DNA of 62,997 nucleotides, filler included, from Choristocarpus tenellus KU-1152 (GCA_964200185.2; 14 parts of 14 records of this genome joined end to end with filler, not necessarily neighbours in it), one strand, 5' to 3'; counted from the first letter of the whole stretch, positions 39,101-53,792 are shown. The notes: a model not told the origin generated them from the letters alone. Made by a program: numbers and translations.

Positions 39101-39320
39101 TCAGGTAGGCTTGAGTGAAGTCTAGGGAGTTGATGACCCAGTTTCTGTTGGCTGCTGTAGCCAGGACTGCCCGAATCACGTCAAATCCCATCACTGGACT
39201 GAATTTGCTGAGGTAGTCCACCCCTTCTTGTTGGGAAAAACTCCGTGCCACCAGCCTGGCCTTAAATCTATCGATGTCTCCATTGGCTGTCCTTTTAAGT
39301 TTAAATTCAAATCTTGTTTT

Positions 39321-39816
39321 GAGCCAAAGTATCTTTGGGGGACAAAATTCAATTTTTGTGATTTTGATGTAATTTTGGCTATTGTGTTCGTTAGGAAGTG
39401 TCAATACCCTTGTTCCAGACACACCATTTCATAATGTACAGAGTGAAAGTATCTTAGGGGGTACGAGTTTTGCCCTGTTTGTCCATTTGGGGCTTGACTT
39501 CTCATGGGGTATTATGTCATTTCCCTATTCCAAAATGTTTAGGATAAGGTACAATGTATACGCTATGAAAAGGCTTGTCCGAAACATAGTTATAGACACT
39601 TCCTAACAAATACGATAGCCAAAATTACATCAAATCGCAACATTGGACTTTGAACCCCAAATGAACGCGGCTCTATCCTCTAAGATACTTTGGCTCACAC
39701 ATTATACCTACTGCGAAACACTTTGGGTTAGGAAATGTCATAAAAAAACCCATGGGAAGCCAAGTCCCAAATGGACAAATAGGGAAAAACTCGTACCCTC
39801 TAAGATAATTTCACTC
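39321..39816 (+). mobile_element. MITE family A (TSD TTT) with a second, inverted copy nested at 39441-39696 (TSD ACA)
   Basis: Two TIR pairs; removing element plus 3 bp restores RPIKTRF. Confidence 0.9.
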
Positions 39817-39985
39817 TTTGATAGGTCTCCTCCCTAATGGCAGACTCTCTTCCTCATGGAAGATTCCTTTGCTTCGTTGGCCCTCCATTTCTTGCCCCAT
39901 TTCCTTTTCCCAGTGCTCTGCATCAGGCCCTGCGAGGGCTTCTGCGATGGTTGATGGCTCCTGGTGGGCTATCAAGATGTCACCT

Positions 39986-40244
39986 GAGCCAAAGTATCTT
40001 AGAGGGTTGGGCCGCGTCCATTTGGGCGGCAAAATCCAATGTTGCGATTTTGATGTAATTTTGGCTATCGTGTTTGTTAAGAATTGTCCATATCCTTGCT
40101 CCAGACACACCTCTTCATAACATATAAATTTGACCTACTCCGAAACATTTTGGAGTCGGAAAATGTCATAAAAAACCCCATGGGAATCCAAGTCCGAAAT
40201 GGACAAACGGGGCAAAACTCGTACCTTCTGAGATACTTTCACTC
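39986..40244 (+). mobile_element. MITE family A, TSD ACCT
   Basis: TIRs and 4-bp TSD; removal restores MAGDIL. Confidence 0.92.
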
Positions 40245-43011
40245 ACCTGCCATGCCAATCAAACAGGATGCATCATCCGTGCTTGTTCTGAGCAGATTAA
40301 CTATATTCTCTCCCACTTCTTCGGTATCTCTCCACAGTGTAAGCCTTTGTAGTCCACCCTGGGTTGTTCAGCTATCCTGGCTGACCTCCGTTGTCCACTA
40401 GGTGAACTTGTAGAGTTCTAGCTCGCGGCTGTTGCTTTTGATATCGGATCGATTGCAATATCGAAATACCGATCAGAGTTGTATTCAGTATCGGAAATCT
40501 CTTCATCATCTGTCAAAGTCGTGGTCTCTCTCTCCTCCACGAAGTCCATGATGTGTTCGTCCGGCTCGAACGTCACGTGGGCTGAGGTTACCAACTTGGC
40601 CTCTTGAGGAAGTCAGATGTACCAATACAGTGATGTACAGTCGTGTCCCATGATTATACCTTGCTTGGCGTATGGGTGAAACTTTGAACCGGCTCCCCTC
40701 TCCTGCTTGTCCTGGTGAACAAAGCACTCGCTCCCCCAGGCCCAAAGCCTATCGTGGTTGAAGGATTTGTCTGTTAGACGCTCGCATGGCGTCTCTCCTC
40801 TCCTAGGTATCCGTGATGGCAAAGAACCAGTACTCGTCGCCTAGCCCAGCCTTTGCCAGTTGACTCCTCGCTGTCCCCATGAGTTGCTTTATAGCCCTTT
40901 CGGCGATCCCGTTGCTCTGTGGTGTTCTCGGTGGAGATTTCCTCCATCGGGTGTACCGTTGTTGGCCAGCATCCTTTGGAACTTCACCGATCTCCCAAGC
41001 TCGCCAGCACCATCCCTACTGATGCATTAGACTTGTATACCTTCCCTTGCCATCTGTTTGATATAGGCAGCGGTTGCGTCTGTTGCTACATTTTTGGTTT
41101 TCAATCCATAAACCCTCTTGTCTCTGCACTGCTCTCATTGACAAACACCTGGAAATATTTGTGACCAGTGATGTCTGCTTTGAAAGGTTCCGCCAAATCC
41201 GTGTGGACAACCTCGCCGGGCTGCTTGGAGGCCCTGCCACCTCGTTGTAGCTTAAGGCCTCGGATTTGCATTCCTTGCAGGTCTCGTACTGCAGTTCTGA
41301 CGCCACAGTAGCGTCTGTGATCTCCAAAAGTCCACGTTTCTCGAGATGCTTTATTGCTGATGGGTTGATGTGTCCCAATATGTTGTGCCAGTCCCTCAAT
41401 GTCAGCCTCTGCTTTTGGTTGGCTCGTGCAGCGCTGGCTCTTGATTCTTGTTCCATGGTGGTTATGGTTCCAGTTAAATTTAAGAACATCCCTGACTTTT
41501 GTAGGTTTACTTTGGGCGAATTTTTGGAGGTCCTCAGATAACTTTCTTAGATAACTTTCTTTTGTTCCTGAATCCCCATAAATTCTCCTCCATTCCGCCG
41601 TATACTTCCAGTACTCGAAATGCGGCATGGTAGACCTGGCACCCATAGAACATCCTTCAGAACCACTCTTGTTGCTTTGCCGTCCTTGTGTCCGTCACCA
41701 TTAGAACCATATTCCCGGTTTCCTTCGCTTCCAATTTCCTATTATTTCCAAAGGTGCATGTGCGTTTGGTGGCCCGAGTGCTTATGAGATCTTCACGATG
41801 AGGTGTAAGATGTACATTTTCTCCCCAGTCACACAATATCTCGACTTGTCTTCCACTGGAGGAGTTGAACACCGCACATTTGTTAACCTCTTTGTCTGCT
41901 GTCACCTTGAAGGTGGAGAAGGAGCGTGCTTGGTTTCCGTCGACTTTATTGCTGCTCCCACCAGTTGGAGGTGGCGGGAATGTTCTTGCAGGTGCCATCC
42001 CAGGCGGACGTGTTGCAGGTGGCGTTCCATTTAGGCATGAGTAGAATTTCTGCCATCTATGGTTCATCTTTAAGCAGTATGCACATTGGTTTGGTTTGGG
42101 GCCGCTTCCAGCTGATCCCCTGGTCTTTCGAGCATTGGCCGTTCCTTACATTGCCATGCATTGCCAATACCCCATCATGCCCATCTTGACCCGAGTGAAG
42201 GTAAGTTGTCGACGAGATGATTGCCCGTTTGAGCTCCTCATAGCTGATGTCCGGGTGCATTATTAATTGTGCGAACACATGTGGTATCGCTTCCTTGATC
42301 CCAAGCAGTATGGATGCCCACTTCATGTTTTCGGATTTGGACTCCTTGAGCTCCTCGAATTCCGAAAATAGTCGTTCGAGTTTAATGGCAAAATCGGTGC
42401 TGTCCTGAGACGCCATGCACCGCAATTCTCGGAGTTTTTCCTCCAACGTGACGATTTGTACTAGGATCTCGTCCTCTGCGCGTCTACGGTAGACTCTTTC
42501 TAATTCTAACCATGCCCCTCTGCCGTCTGGTTGACCCCCAATTTCGTATTTCGCCACAATTGCCGATGCGGACCCCTTCGTCATTTGTATAAGGAGCAAC
42601 CATAACGCCTTGTTATTCTTCATGTGTGTGACATGTGCCGTATGCACTGCCTCTCCCGAGATGGTGTTGGGTATTTCAGGAATCTCGTAGTTCCTTGTCG
42701 TAATCTCGTAAAACCCTCTTTCTACCAGCATAGGCGATCAATGACAGTCGCCAAGTCGACCAGATCTCCAATGACCTCCGTGTGGCCCCCGTCCAAACAG
42801 CAAGTTTCTTCAGGTCAGTCTCCATACTACTAAGGCTCATAACTCGTGCAATTTACCTTGGGAGGTAATGCTATTTATCAGTAGTGAAGACAAGAAGGTG
42901 TGAAGCCTCACNNNNNNNNNNNNNNNNNNNNNNNNNNNNNNNNNNNNNNNNNNNNTTAATTAATTAANNNNNNNNNNNNNNNNNNNNNNNNNNNNNNNNN
43001 NNNNNNNNNNN

Positions 43012-44100
43012 CAAGCAATCTCGCCGGGTTTAACACCTTTATCCTCTTTGATGATTTTGGGGATACTTTAACAACAGGTCTTCCCTTCTTTGGTTAGGCG
43101 CTACGACATACCTGCTTACTGGATCACATGGTAAATTTCCATGTCAAGTATGCAGGAAGTTCCTCTTGGCTGGTTCACGAACATCCCAAGCATTATAAAC
43201 TTCCGTCCACGACTCTAGAGTGCACAGTGGAGTAGTCTTGCAATGTCCGGGGTGTTCAAGACGGCACTTCCTCCAGTGAGTCCACCTTATCTTCTTGCAG
43301 AGTGTAGTAATGTGACATGGCCCCTTATTTGAGTCAGTAGCACTTCGGTTAGGATGAACATGATACTCCTCTCACCTGAACCAAAGTTTCCCACTCAAAC
43401 CCGCAGGGTAAACGCTAGTTCTCATCCCTATGTCTTGCCAGGCGATGCAATGTTTGCCATGCCATTACACTTGGATTCTCACGATTTCATCATCTCCTTC
43501 CCAGCACCCATCTCCACGAATAAAGTCTGAAATCCCTCACCCACCCCCTGGATCGTGTCAAAACATACTACCATTGCCCACTTCTCTCGCTGCGGATAAC
43601 CTCATCGTATGTCACTGTACCAGTTCTGAAACCTGCTTCACTTCTGTTCAAAGCAGAGAAATTCAAACGAAACAACTGGCATAATCAACGATCACCATGG
43701 TGTATGGTGCCCCACCTTGTGACCGAACTTTCTTGGGTCCAGTGAGGTCAACAAAAACAAGAGTGAATGACCCATGTGCTTGAACTGTGTTAGACTTGGA
43801 GACTGGGTCATACGAGGTTGGATGACCTGGACAAACTCCACACATTTCCACCACCAAGTCAGCTTGATTTTCTTTCTTTCACTCTCTGACAGAGTACGGA
43901 CGTACTAACAAGGTTCAAAATCGAAATAAGACATCAATGTGCATGGGGATGAATGAGGCATTTGCTCATACATGACCAAGCCAAATGCCGTCCCCGTCTT
44001 GACAATCATTGCCATCATCCTACCAGGCCCACTTGGGTCTTGTAGGCAATGCCTGCATCATCTGCATTGAGCGTACCACATAGGCAGAGCTCAAGTTTTG
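43012..44100 (-). mobile_element. Ty1/copia GAG-pre-integrase/integrase remnant
   Basis: WLGH, LVFVDLTGPKKVRSQGGAPYTMVIVD. Confidence 0.8.
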
Positions 44101-45423
44101 CCCCATTTCCTATTGTTCCTCCTCTGACCTTGGTTTTCCTATTATTTCCGTTGCTGATGATTATGTCTCTTGAGATGATCAAATCAGAGTTGGAACTAAA
44201 AACAAAAGGACGATACAGTTGATTGAACACATGCAACAACAGTAGAACATATATTCGGGTTTGCATATCATTTTGCTTGATGCATGGAAAATTTAACATA
44301 GCTCTAGTAGGGAACTCCAGCTTACGCAATCAAAATGTTACGGTCCCACAATGCCAAAAACACGGGAAGCAACATTTCAATTGCCGTTTCAACGATAGAC
44401 AACACCACCTCTCGCTGGGGTGCTATGAGGTGTTTCTAGTTGAACTATACCATTGCTTCAACTGAAGAAGAGGAATCTCTTACTCAGATGATTAGTGTAT
44501 CAAAACCATAAAATAATTTACACCTTGAAGTATTAACAAGCCTGCACCATTCTACTTAAGTCTCAACACAATTCAGACCTATTTGTTCAATTAAAAAAAC
44601 TATCTTTAAAGGCAACCACAGCCCTCCTTCCTCATAGACTACACAAAGTAGGTACACCACATCTAGCCTTTGGATGCAGCATGCCTTGGCTTTACACAGC
44701 AGGGGGGGGACATTCGCCACCACAAAAGTCTAATTAAGATATACTCACTCCTTCAACTGTTCAAGTAACCAGGAGGAATTCTTGTTGTGGCTGTATGGAG
44801 CTTTAAAAAGAGTTTTCCAACTCCGCTAAAAAGAACACAATCGAAGAAGGGCGTTGACTGGATGCCTTGCTTCTGCAAACCTGTACTCACAAAACAGTTA
44901 AAATGTACTCCACACCTCTGGAGTGTGTGCTCCAAGAATATATGCCACCAGAAAATCAGAGGAACCCTTAACACTCAGCGGCACCTCCCTCTTGGTTACT
45001 TTGGCTCACTATTCAATTGGCAAAGTGTCTAGTATCTCTGTTATCTTGCAGGGAAAAGTCGACTTTCGATGAGATTGACTCGAATATGCAGTGGCTGGAG
45101 TGACATTTCACTCTCTGATTGGGAACTCAGTACAGGGAGGAAACTTACCTTGTCCACTTGAATCAACGGGAAAAATAGCATAGAGACTATTCATGCACGA
45201 CAGCATTCCAGCAGAGACACTTACAACGTGTCTGCATTGGCATGAACTCCAACACTCAGTTCACATCAATGCTTAGCCTCTAAACTACTGCTGCTAAAAG
45301 GATTTCAAGCTACACCTAAAAAACATGGATCACCATGGTCAGCAGTTGGATGGCCATCAACAGATTTTCATGATCACGTGATCAACCACATCACTACCTC
45401 CTCAGCATGCATAGTAATCATCC

Positions 45424-48400
45424 CTACACTGAGGTACCACTGTTGTTGTCCTGGAAGGTGATGACGTTTTCAATATGTCTTGTTTGCGGGAAGAGGTCAA
45501 AGGGCTGGATATCTACAATGGTGTAGTCATGCGCAATGATTTCCTTGGCATCCCGTGCCTTTAAATGTTGTGCAAATATTGAGGAGGGGGAGGGAGGGGG
45601 GGAGGGAGGGGGGGAGGGAGGGGGAGGGGTGAATGATAAAAAGACTGTTGGGACAAAGATAGAAGTGTTTTGAACAATAGACACAACCAAACAATAGATC
45701 AGTACGGCAGGGAGTGGAAAGGGAATCTACACTCCTCCCACAATGGCTGATAATCCTGCAAATATAGCCCTGTTCATCTTGATATCCAACTTGTCCAGCT
45801 TAAGTAGCACCATTACAGTGCAAGTTTCAACTGCTTTGAAGTGCGCTGGAAGTACATCACAAGGATGGTTGAAGACAAACACCTTGTGTACATACTGTGG
45901 AAACTCTAGGTCCACCTCCTTCCTCGTATTGTGCAGACTTCAAGGCACACTTCAGATCCTATGTAGAGAGATCACTGCATTCCTACTTGTAGTCCATCAC
46001 CTACTCCATGCATTGGACTGTAACATGATATTAGTGCAAAGAATGCCCAACTTGATCCAGCTGGGTCACAAGGTGATGAAGGGAGTACAATACTATGGAA
46101 TGCACAACCAGGATCACTTGAGGACTGGTTGAGACCTAGGAACCTCTCGAGATAGCTACACAATACTAATTAAAATTGTATGCAGTCAAGGTCAAGAACA
46201 AGCATATATAAGGAAGACTCGACTCTCAATTGAGAATGCATACCTGAGTTGCAGGATCACACGACACATACACCAATCTCTGTGGCCTAAACTTGAAAAG
46301 CTGTTCTAAGAAGAGGTTGTCACAGCCTTTCCTGGAGATCACAACCAACAAAACATTCACCAAACAGACAAGCAGACGAAACATGGGAAAGGATTATAGG
46401 CATCACCGACTCCTCTACAGAAAAAAAAGGTTGGATGCCCAACCAGTGTGGTGTGTATGTGTGTGTGCGTATGCATATACCTTGCATGAGCCAGGAACTC
46501 CCAAGAACAGAGTCTTTCAAAGTTCTAACCTGTTTAACTAACAAACTGATCATCTCAAGGAACTGCAATATAGATTTTGAAAAAGTGCTGTCCAACAGTA
46601 GTCATCTACTGAAGCTGTGGTTCTTGTTCTTGTCCCCAAAAACTGTGACCAGGGGCCCTCGCCTAGCTTTAGTACAATAATACCTCTTCCCGCAAGCTAC
46701 TCTAGTCATAGCTATTCTTTTCCCACGAAGTGATGATGATTAACCTGGGGTAGGCAACACAAGAAAGAGCCACTAGCTAACAAAAGGCGTAAGGTGCCGA
46801 TGGCGACAGTCACTAGCACACCTTTGGAAGACCATACCTACAGTGACAGTGGCTTCACATGTGATCTTAAAATAAATGTGAGGCACAAAAGACGACACCG
46901 CCGTAGTATAGTACAAAAACCAACAAAATAGTATCGGACTCAAAGCTCCACTTCCACGTCCATCCTTACAAAATGGAAGTGTGGCAAATCACGTCTTCAT
47001 ACCTTACCATACTGCAGAATTGAGAACAATACTAATACTTCCTTGTTTGCTATTAGGGTTCAACTTCAAACTAGCACAACAGCGAGTACAACTTCAAACC
47101 AAATTTCTTCCCACGATTTGTGTTGGAGGGTCCTCTGACACAACCTGCACATTGGAAGAACTACATTTCAAGTGTCTACACAAAACTAGAACTGTGAAGG
47201 TGATTCAAACAAAAAAAAAGTGATCATTTTTCTTCTCCCTCCAACTTCCCATCAACAGAATACTAATGACAAGAGCGTGGTTTTCCCCCTCATATACATA
47301 TACAATCAGAGCTCCAGCAGAACTGGATCAAAGTGTGCATCTAGCCTTTATTGCTAGGGGGTACAGCAATCCACTATCCACGTCAAGGGATATATGGTCA
47401 CCTAGACTGCTCATAACAACAACAAGCAAGGCTAGCCGTGATAAGAGGTGAAAGGGTCCAACCACTTGTGCAACATGTAAAATATCATAAGTTTCTCAGA
47501 ACAGACCCCTTTTTTTCACTTCGGTCCAGGAAAAAAAATTCCTGTTTCAAGGGAAATCCTACCATTTCCAACCCAGAAAACCCCTTCCTGCCCCACAAAC
47601 AACTATGAGGGTGACTATAGGGTGGATATCTCATCGGTTTCAGATTATAGTAGACTTTGAGGAGTTGACAAGGGAATTCTCCTGGAGATAATAAGAGGGA
47701 TGCAGTAGTAGAGGGGGGGAAACAGGGGAGAAGTCGAAAAACAAACCTGGGGGGATCAACGATGATGACAGTCTCCTCTGGTTTGAAAGACACATTCTCG
47801 AAGATGTTTGATGCTGTGCCAGCCAGAAATAGGCAATTCCTAATGAAGCACAAACCATACAGGGATGTCGAGGAGGTGGGGATATGAAGGAGCACAGTGG
47901 CAGAGGTAGTGAGCACTTGGGAAGAAAACAATAAAGCCAGATTGGTTGCTGCGCTGTGAAGATTACCACTTTCTGCAATAACCATCATGAGATCTCCCTC
48001 CACTCCGTCATAACCAACAAACCTAATGGTACATACAAATGTAGATACGCACTCACTTGGAAGTATTATTGGAAGTAAAAGTATCTCTAGAGGAAGAACC
48101 CAACACTCATGATCCAATACAAATGTCTCCAACCAAGACTCCAACTCACACCCCCCTAATGCCAACCCTGATGATTACATGCAGTTCATGTTTCCCCTGC
48201 CTGATGAGTACTGGTGATGTGCAACTCCAGCCTTCAAACAAATACACTTCAGAATATAATATACACCTGAGTACGCATCTATAGTCAACAAAGTATAGCA
48301 TTCTCAGCAAAAGGGAAGTGCTTTCAGGCATACACTATCATGCAAAATAAATATAAAGGTGTGCCTTTAACGTAACACACAAAGGAAACAGTCCCACACA

Positions 48401-50172
48401 GTACAATCTATAGTGGTTAATGAGAGGCACGTGCTGTCTGCAGTATTATACCAAGAGGCGCACCCGCCTCACATATATTTATAACAAGTCAGTAGGAGAA
48501 ATTGATATACACACTCTTCAATTTGTAACTGCTTTGAACCACCTTACACAACGTTTGTGAAGCAAACTGTCAGAAAAATAAATTCCATTGGTAGAGTGCT
48601 GTATGTGATTCAAAACAACAATAGGAAGTGCATGGAAAGTAAAAAGCAACTCCCCCCTAAAACTCCTCCACAAAAAACATAAACACGCACATGACATTTC
48701 TTCAAAACTTTTCAACTGCTCCAAACTCCCTCCTATACACACAAAAGCACATTACACTTAAGATTACACTTAGGATGGAATTTGTACAAATAAACAGCCC
48801 ATGAACAAAAATTATACACAGCAAAAAAAACTAAGGGACTGGATTGCATAAAACAAGCGCACAGATCAACCATACCGCACGTCTCATGCGTTTCCTCACC
48901 CTATACCATTCAGAGAGGCGTTTTCTGTAGCACACTCCACAGCAGCAGAGCTGATCTCTATCCCAGCACACTGTTCAAAGGAGGAACTGGCAGACAGGCA
49001 AAACAAACCCCCTCCGCAGTAAGCATCAATCAGGTACTTTGTTCCCCCTTCACTGGCACGCTTTACCACGTAGTCCACCATATGTGGTAGGACTCTTGGA
49101 TTGTTCTGGAAGAATTCCCCCGCCTACCCTCAGAGAATAGATATCAGGAGGAGCAATGAGCAAATGAGTTGCGCATCATGGGTGCTATAAATAAGATTCA
49201 ATGCAAGGAAGGCAAGCCATTGAATACAAGTGTGCCAAGCAAATGCACCTCCCTCCTATATTGCACATGAAAACTTCTAACACACAACAATATGCAAATA
49301 TATAATATATACATACATAGTACTTACATATATATACATAAATCAAGAAATAAGTAATAAACATTCCTTTACATGTGCATATGCCATTCGTGAAAATAGA
49401 TGTAAAGTAATGCACCCCAAACCAGTATCAAAATTGGTATTGATATCATTGTACCACTGTGTCAATCAAGTCACAAACCTTACTGCGCCCATGTTAGCAG
49501 TAGGTAACAAGTAGGTAACAAGCAACCAACTCAATGGGGAACACAAAAGGTTTAAAGGACTATTCAGGGAGTGTCCTCTACTATGGACTAACAATAATGG
49601 GGTGATGGTTCAAGGAATAAGCCGGGTAGCACCTTAGCCTCTGGTAAGATCAACTATAGATAAACGTAATGCACCACCAAACCAGTGAGTTATGAAACTT
49701 CATCCCTCGGAGGTACAGAGCAATCACAACAATCTACTATTGCATTACCGATAGCAACAATAGAGCACAAGCATAAATTTCACATGTCTACAAATGCTCA
49801 CATGCACTCGTGTATACTCTCTTGCCTGCATCGATTGCGCCAACTCATGTAAACAAAAATAAACAGAAGTACATCTCTCTCTCTCCCTCTCGTTCCTCAT
49901 CCCTCCTCCACCTACCCTGAACTTGAAGAGAAGCCCTTTAACCCGCTCAGAAACGTCTGCATTGGGATCAGTAACAGTCCCCTCCTCCGTCTCCCGAAAC
50001 AGAAGCGTGGAACCCCTCCTCCCCACCCTTGCAGTTTTGTCTGAATTATACACATCTTGCACCCGACTAATGGCTTGCTTCCTGGCAGCAGGAAGAGCCT
50101 CATTAATGCCATCAGTGGCAATATGGCAGTGCTCAACGTCCACCACTTTGTGTGGACTCATATCTCCAAGAT
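45424..50172 (-). CDS. TrmA/Trm2/RlmD-family RNA (uracil-5-)-methyltransferase, 3' part (exons ~50172-49916, 49123-48900, 47839-47747, 46331-46244, 45558-45424)
   Basis: Four GT-AG introns join in phase; motifs FFQNN, IDAYCGGGLF, GIEIS, VDPPRKG, LVYVSCDPATQARD, FDLFPQTRHIE; 5' boundary of the first exon uncertain. Confidence 0.93.
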
Positions 50173-53154
50173 CTACCCCTTTATATAATGTTGGGAACTT
50201 CACCCTGATCACATTTATACATATTTTCGGAGGAGGGGTCAGTATGGGGTGGGGAAGGACAGGGGTGAGGGGAACGTCAAAAACTTATTGAACTGGTATG
50301 GAAATGCCAGGGAAGTGTACGTAATCAAGTAATGACCGTTAATCTACTCTATTACACCGATTGCATTGATGCTCTATACATCTAGTACATCTAAAGCCAT
50401 TATTAGCAAAGAATATTGTCAAGGCCCTGACACAATTTTTGACTAGACCTAAGCAATGTGCAATTATGTGTGCCCATCAAAAATGTGTCATACTTCTTAT
50501 GGAGTACACAGTGGGTACAGAGCAGCTCCGCCATGCCTCCGCTGGGTGAGGCAGGAAGGCAGTTGAGAAAATGAGTGGTTTGTGAGTGACACATTCAGAG
50601 GACAATCATGCCACACCACGAATCACCTAGTCTGTCATACATAGGGAAGGGATTTCAAAAATCTTCCATCAAAATAAAAATAGCATTTCTCAGTTCATCT
50701 TCCCATGCAGTTATTATCCAACACCCTGTTGCTTGCAATGCATCTTTGACCTCAAAGCCAAACAGGCAAAGGGGGTTTGCAAACAAGGACAAAAGACGAC
50801 AGACATCAATCTGATAGTTCACTCATCAAACATTGCCCTATGCTGATGCGTTACACAAACCTCACTTATGAAGGGGTCAGGTGGGGCGTGTGGAAACTGT
50901 CCAACAAGTCATTTTAAAATAGTATCACCTCCGTTGGTCCCTATGACACCTCGTTGGCATTAATGATTAAAACCAAAATCACCCTTTCAACACTGTGGCA
51001 GGGAGGGGGTGGGGTAGGNNNNNNNNNNNNNNNNNNNNNNNNNNNNNNNNNNNNNNNNNNNNTTAATTAATTAANNNNNNNNNNNNNNNNNNNNNNNNNN
51101 NNNNNNNNNNNNNNNNNNGCACCATTTTGGGTCAAACTCGTCCTCCATGAAATGCTCCATCCTCAATTTTGCCGAGAGGCTGTTCCATGGACATCTGTTG
51201 TTCTTGCCCTTCCCTAAATACATAATACTCCCGTAGAGTATGAAGTATTTATCATCACTGGAAGAGCATGACTCTCTTCACGCCCCCCCAAAAGCCACCA
51301 TGGTGGACTCTTCGTATCCTTGGTGTGCATAACATTTGCATGCCTGTGTGTGTACTGTGAAATTTCATGTATCACTATGACTACTGATTGTGGGACAAGT
51401 AAGGGTAGAATAATAATGTACTATAGAAGTAGTGCATGGCACACACATCACACATACATACACCGCCCAGTGTTCATCGTCAAAAAACACTCCACAGACA
51501 CACGTGAACAGAGAGCACTACCAATACCTACTGCAACATCACCTCTAGATGAATATTCATTGTCTCAATGGTCACAGGTGGTACAGAGTCACATACATAC
51601 ACACACAAAGCATACTATAATAAAAAAAGACATGCATGCAGCACAGGACAAGTGGAAACGCTTTCAGATCTGTTCCCTAGGATCGAGCGGTAGATTCAGT
51701 GTGAACGTGTAGAACAGAAGAAATAATACTTACCGAGCACCCTACAAGAACCAAGTAACAAATAAAAAAAAAGTTCCACTACATCAAATAACACTATCAT
51801 GTATCACAAACAAGGCAGACGTCAGGGTACTGTTGGGTCCAATCGGTACTATTAAAAAAAAACAGGGATTCTACACCCATGTTTTCTTGCAGCAAGTGGC
51901 ACTGGCTGTTACAAATGTAAACTTGCATGGTGCCATCTGGCAACTGTCAACAGCACCTACCAAACACCTTCTGATGTGTTTTTTTGCGTTCTGTGGGACT
52001 TGTGAACAACATCAAGTTGGATACCAAATGCATTAAGCCAGAAATATAGAGAAATGCTTGCTTTGACGAAATCATGAATAGACTGATACACAATGAATTA
52101 CAAGGCCACCACACAATATATCAACACAAAAACAACCCCCCCCAACCACAATAAGCACAAATACAAATTCACAAGCAGTCAACACCATACACTCATTCCT
52201 AACCTAGTTGAAGATATCAGCTTTTCCTCTAAATAAAAAAATAGCACTAATGTAAGTACCACGTTGAAGGAACCAAGAGCCAAGCACCAAGCACTACACA
52301 CTCCAAGTAAGTACCGTCCTGTCACCACACAGAAGTCAATCAGGGCAAGGGCAACACCATATTCCATCAACCACCATCCAAAACCATCAAAGAACAAGAG
52401 TTGGGGAGAGGGAGAAAGGAAGAAACTTTGGTTCTTGTGCCTGCGAAAAAAACTCAAGTCAGAAAACGAACAAATCATTTCCCAGCCAAAAAAAGCCTTG
52501 TCAAGACGGGGATGCCCTGCATTTTCTAAGCTCTCAACTACCACTCCAACAACAACCAAGCTATCAATGCACCACCCAAACGCTCATACCGCTAACACAA
52601 AATATCGACCTATAACCAACACATTCTACATACTACAACCTCAAACAACAAGACAACAGAAAGGCAAAAAACTCAGGAATGCTTCCATCATCTATCAACA
52701 TACACCTGCAACAATGGTGCCACGAAACACTCCCAAGGAGGCTCGATCGTTTTGCCACACAAAGGTTCTCTCCCCCCTGGCTACCTACCCTTCCCCAAAT
52801 GCCACAAACATCTGACTGAAATAAGCAATACATTCAAAAACAAAATACCCTCCTCTGCCCGCATTCATCCATGCACCCACCCATCCATACTCTATCGGGA
52901 CGACCTAAACAGCAGTGTGAACATCAAAGATGAGACCGACATGGTGCCTCCCTTCCACCCTATCTCTTCAACATCACGAGAGCACAGTGCATCTCAGTGG
53001 GACATATTTTATCCCACCTTCCCCTTCCCCTACAAACAATATTCCATTATAATACAACATACATGCCACGAGCCACCTCTAGCTTGTAGCCTTTTCCAAT
53101 TCACACACACTTAACACTTTTGTTGGCTACTACTGACTCACTAACACCGCCGGG

Positions 53155-53730
53155 TCAAAGCGACCCATTCTGCTCATCCACAGCTTGAGGTCCCTCACTC
53201 ACACCACCCCCCAATCCCAGTACACAACGATTCCCTTCTTGTGCTGAGTCCACTGATACTGAGGCCTTATCTCTTGGGGTGGATAGTGCAACCCCACCAG
53301 CCTCAACAGCACCATCATCAGATGGTTGGGAAAATAGGTTCCTTCTAATCATCGGGCTTTCCCCTCCCTTGGAATGGTGTGACCTTTCCTCCCTTCCTGA
53401 TCTAGCTGGAAGAGGAGACCAGCTTTGATGTCCTGGTCCAGTAGAAGTCTCTGAGAATGTAACTGTAACCACAGGGGAAGCTCCTCCCGCTCCTTCCATC
53501 ACCAGGCGCTGAGGTGTGCTCAGACCTGTGTGGTTTGTCTCCTTTCGCAGGGGAGTCCCATCCTCCTCTTCCTCTTCTCTCCCATTAACACCAACCTCAC
53601 CCCTCCTCCCTTCTCGGGGAGACTTGGAGCTTCTGGAAGAGGACAAGACGGCAGCATCTTGCTGGCCCTCTACACTAAAATTCTGCTCTTGCACTCCCTG
53701 TCCCTGAACACCCTGTCCCTGTGGCACCGA
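53155..53730 (-). CDS. Probable terminal exon of a low-complexity/disordered host protein
   Basis: 190-codon open frame rich in S/G/E ending in TGA; preceded by a poly-G tract at the contig end. Confidence 0.5.
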   Translation of the reverse strand, partial: SVPQGQGVQGQGVQEQNFSVEGQQDAAVLSSSRSSKSPREGRRGEVGVNGREEEEEDGTPLRKETNHTGLSTPQRLVMEGAGGASPVVTVTFSETSTGPGHQSWSPLPARSGREERSHHSKGGESPMIRRNLFSQPSDDGAVEAGGVALSTPRDKASVSVDSAQEGNRCVLGLGGGVSEGPQAVDEQNGSL

Positions 53731-53756
53731 ACCTCTACGCCTCCCCCCCCCCCCCC

Positions 53757-53792
<36 letters not shown>

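Larger units (their letters stand above)
38446..42911 (-). mobile_element. Large Ty1/copia fragment: part of 5' LTR, PBS, gag, protease, integrase, RT (frameshifted, cut by contig ends)
   Basis: PBS-like AGTTATGAGCC ~42835-42845; DGRGAWLELE; WHNILGH; VVHTDL; RFKARLVAR; LDFTQAYLNAPL; IYGLKQS; TRPDLS. Confidence 0.93.

Noticed and set aside
52264-52815. 183-aa plus-strand ORF
   Set aside because: A/C-rich strand bias like the reverse strand of intron or UTR DNA; no domain signal
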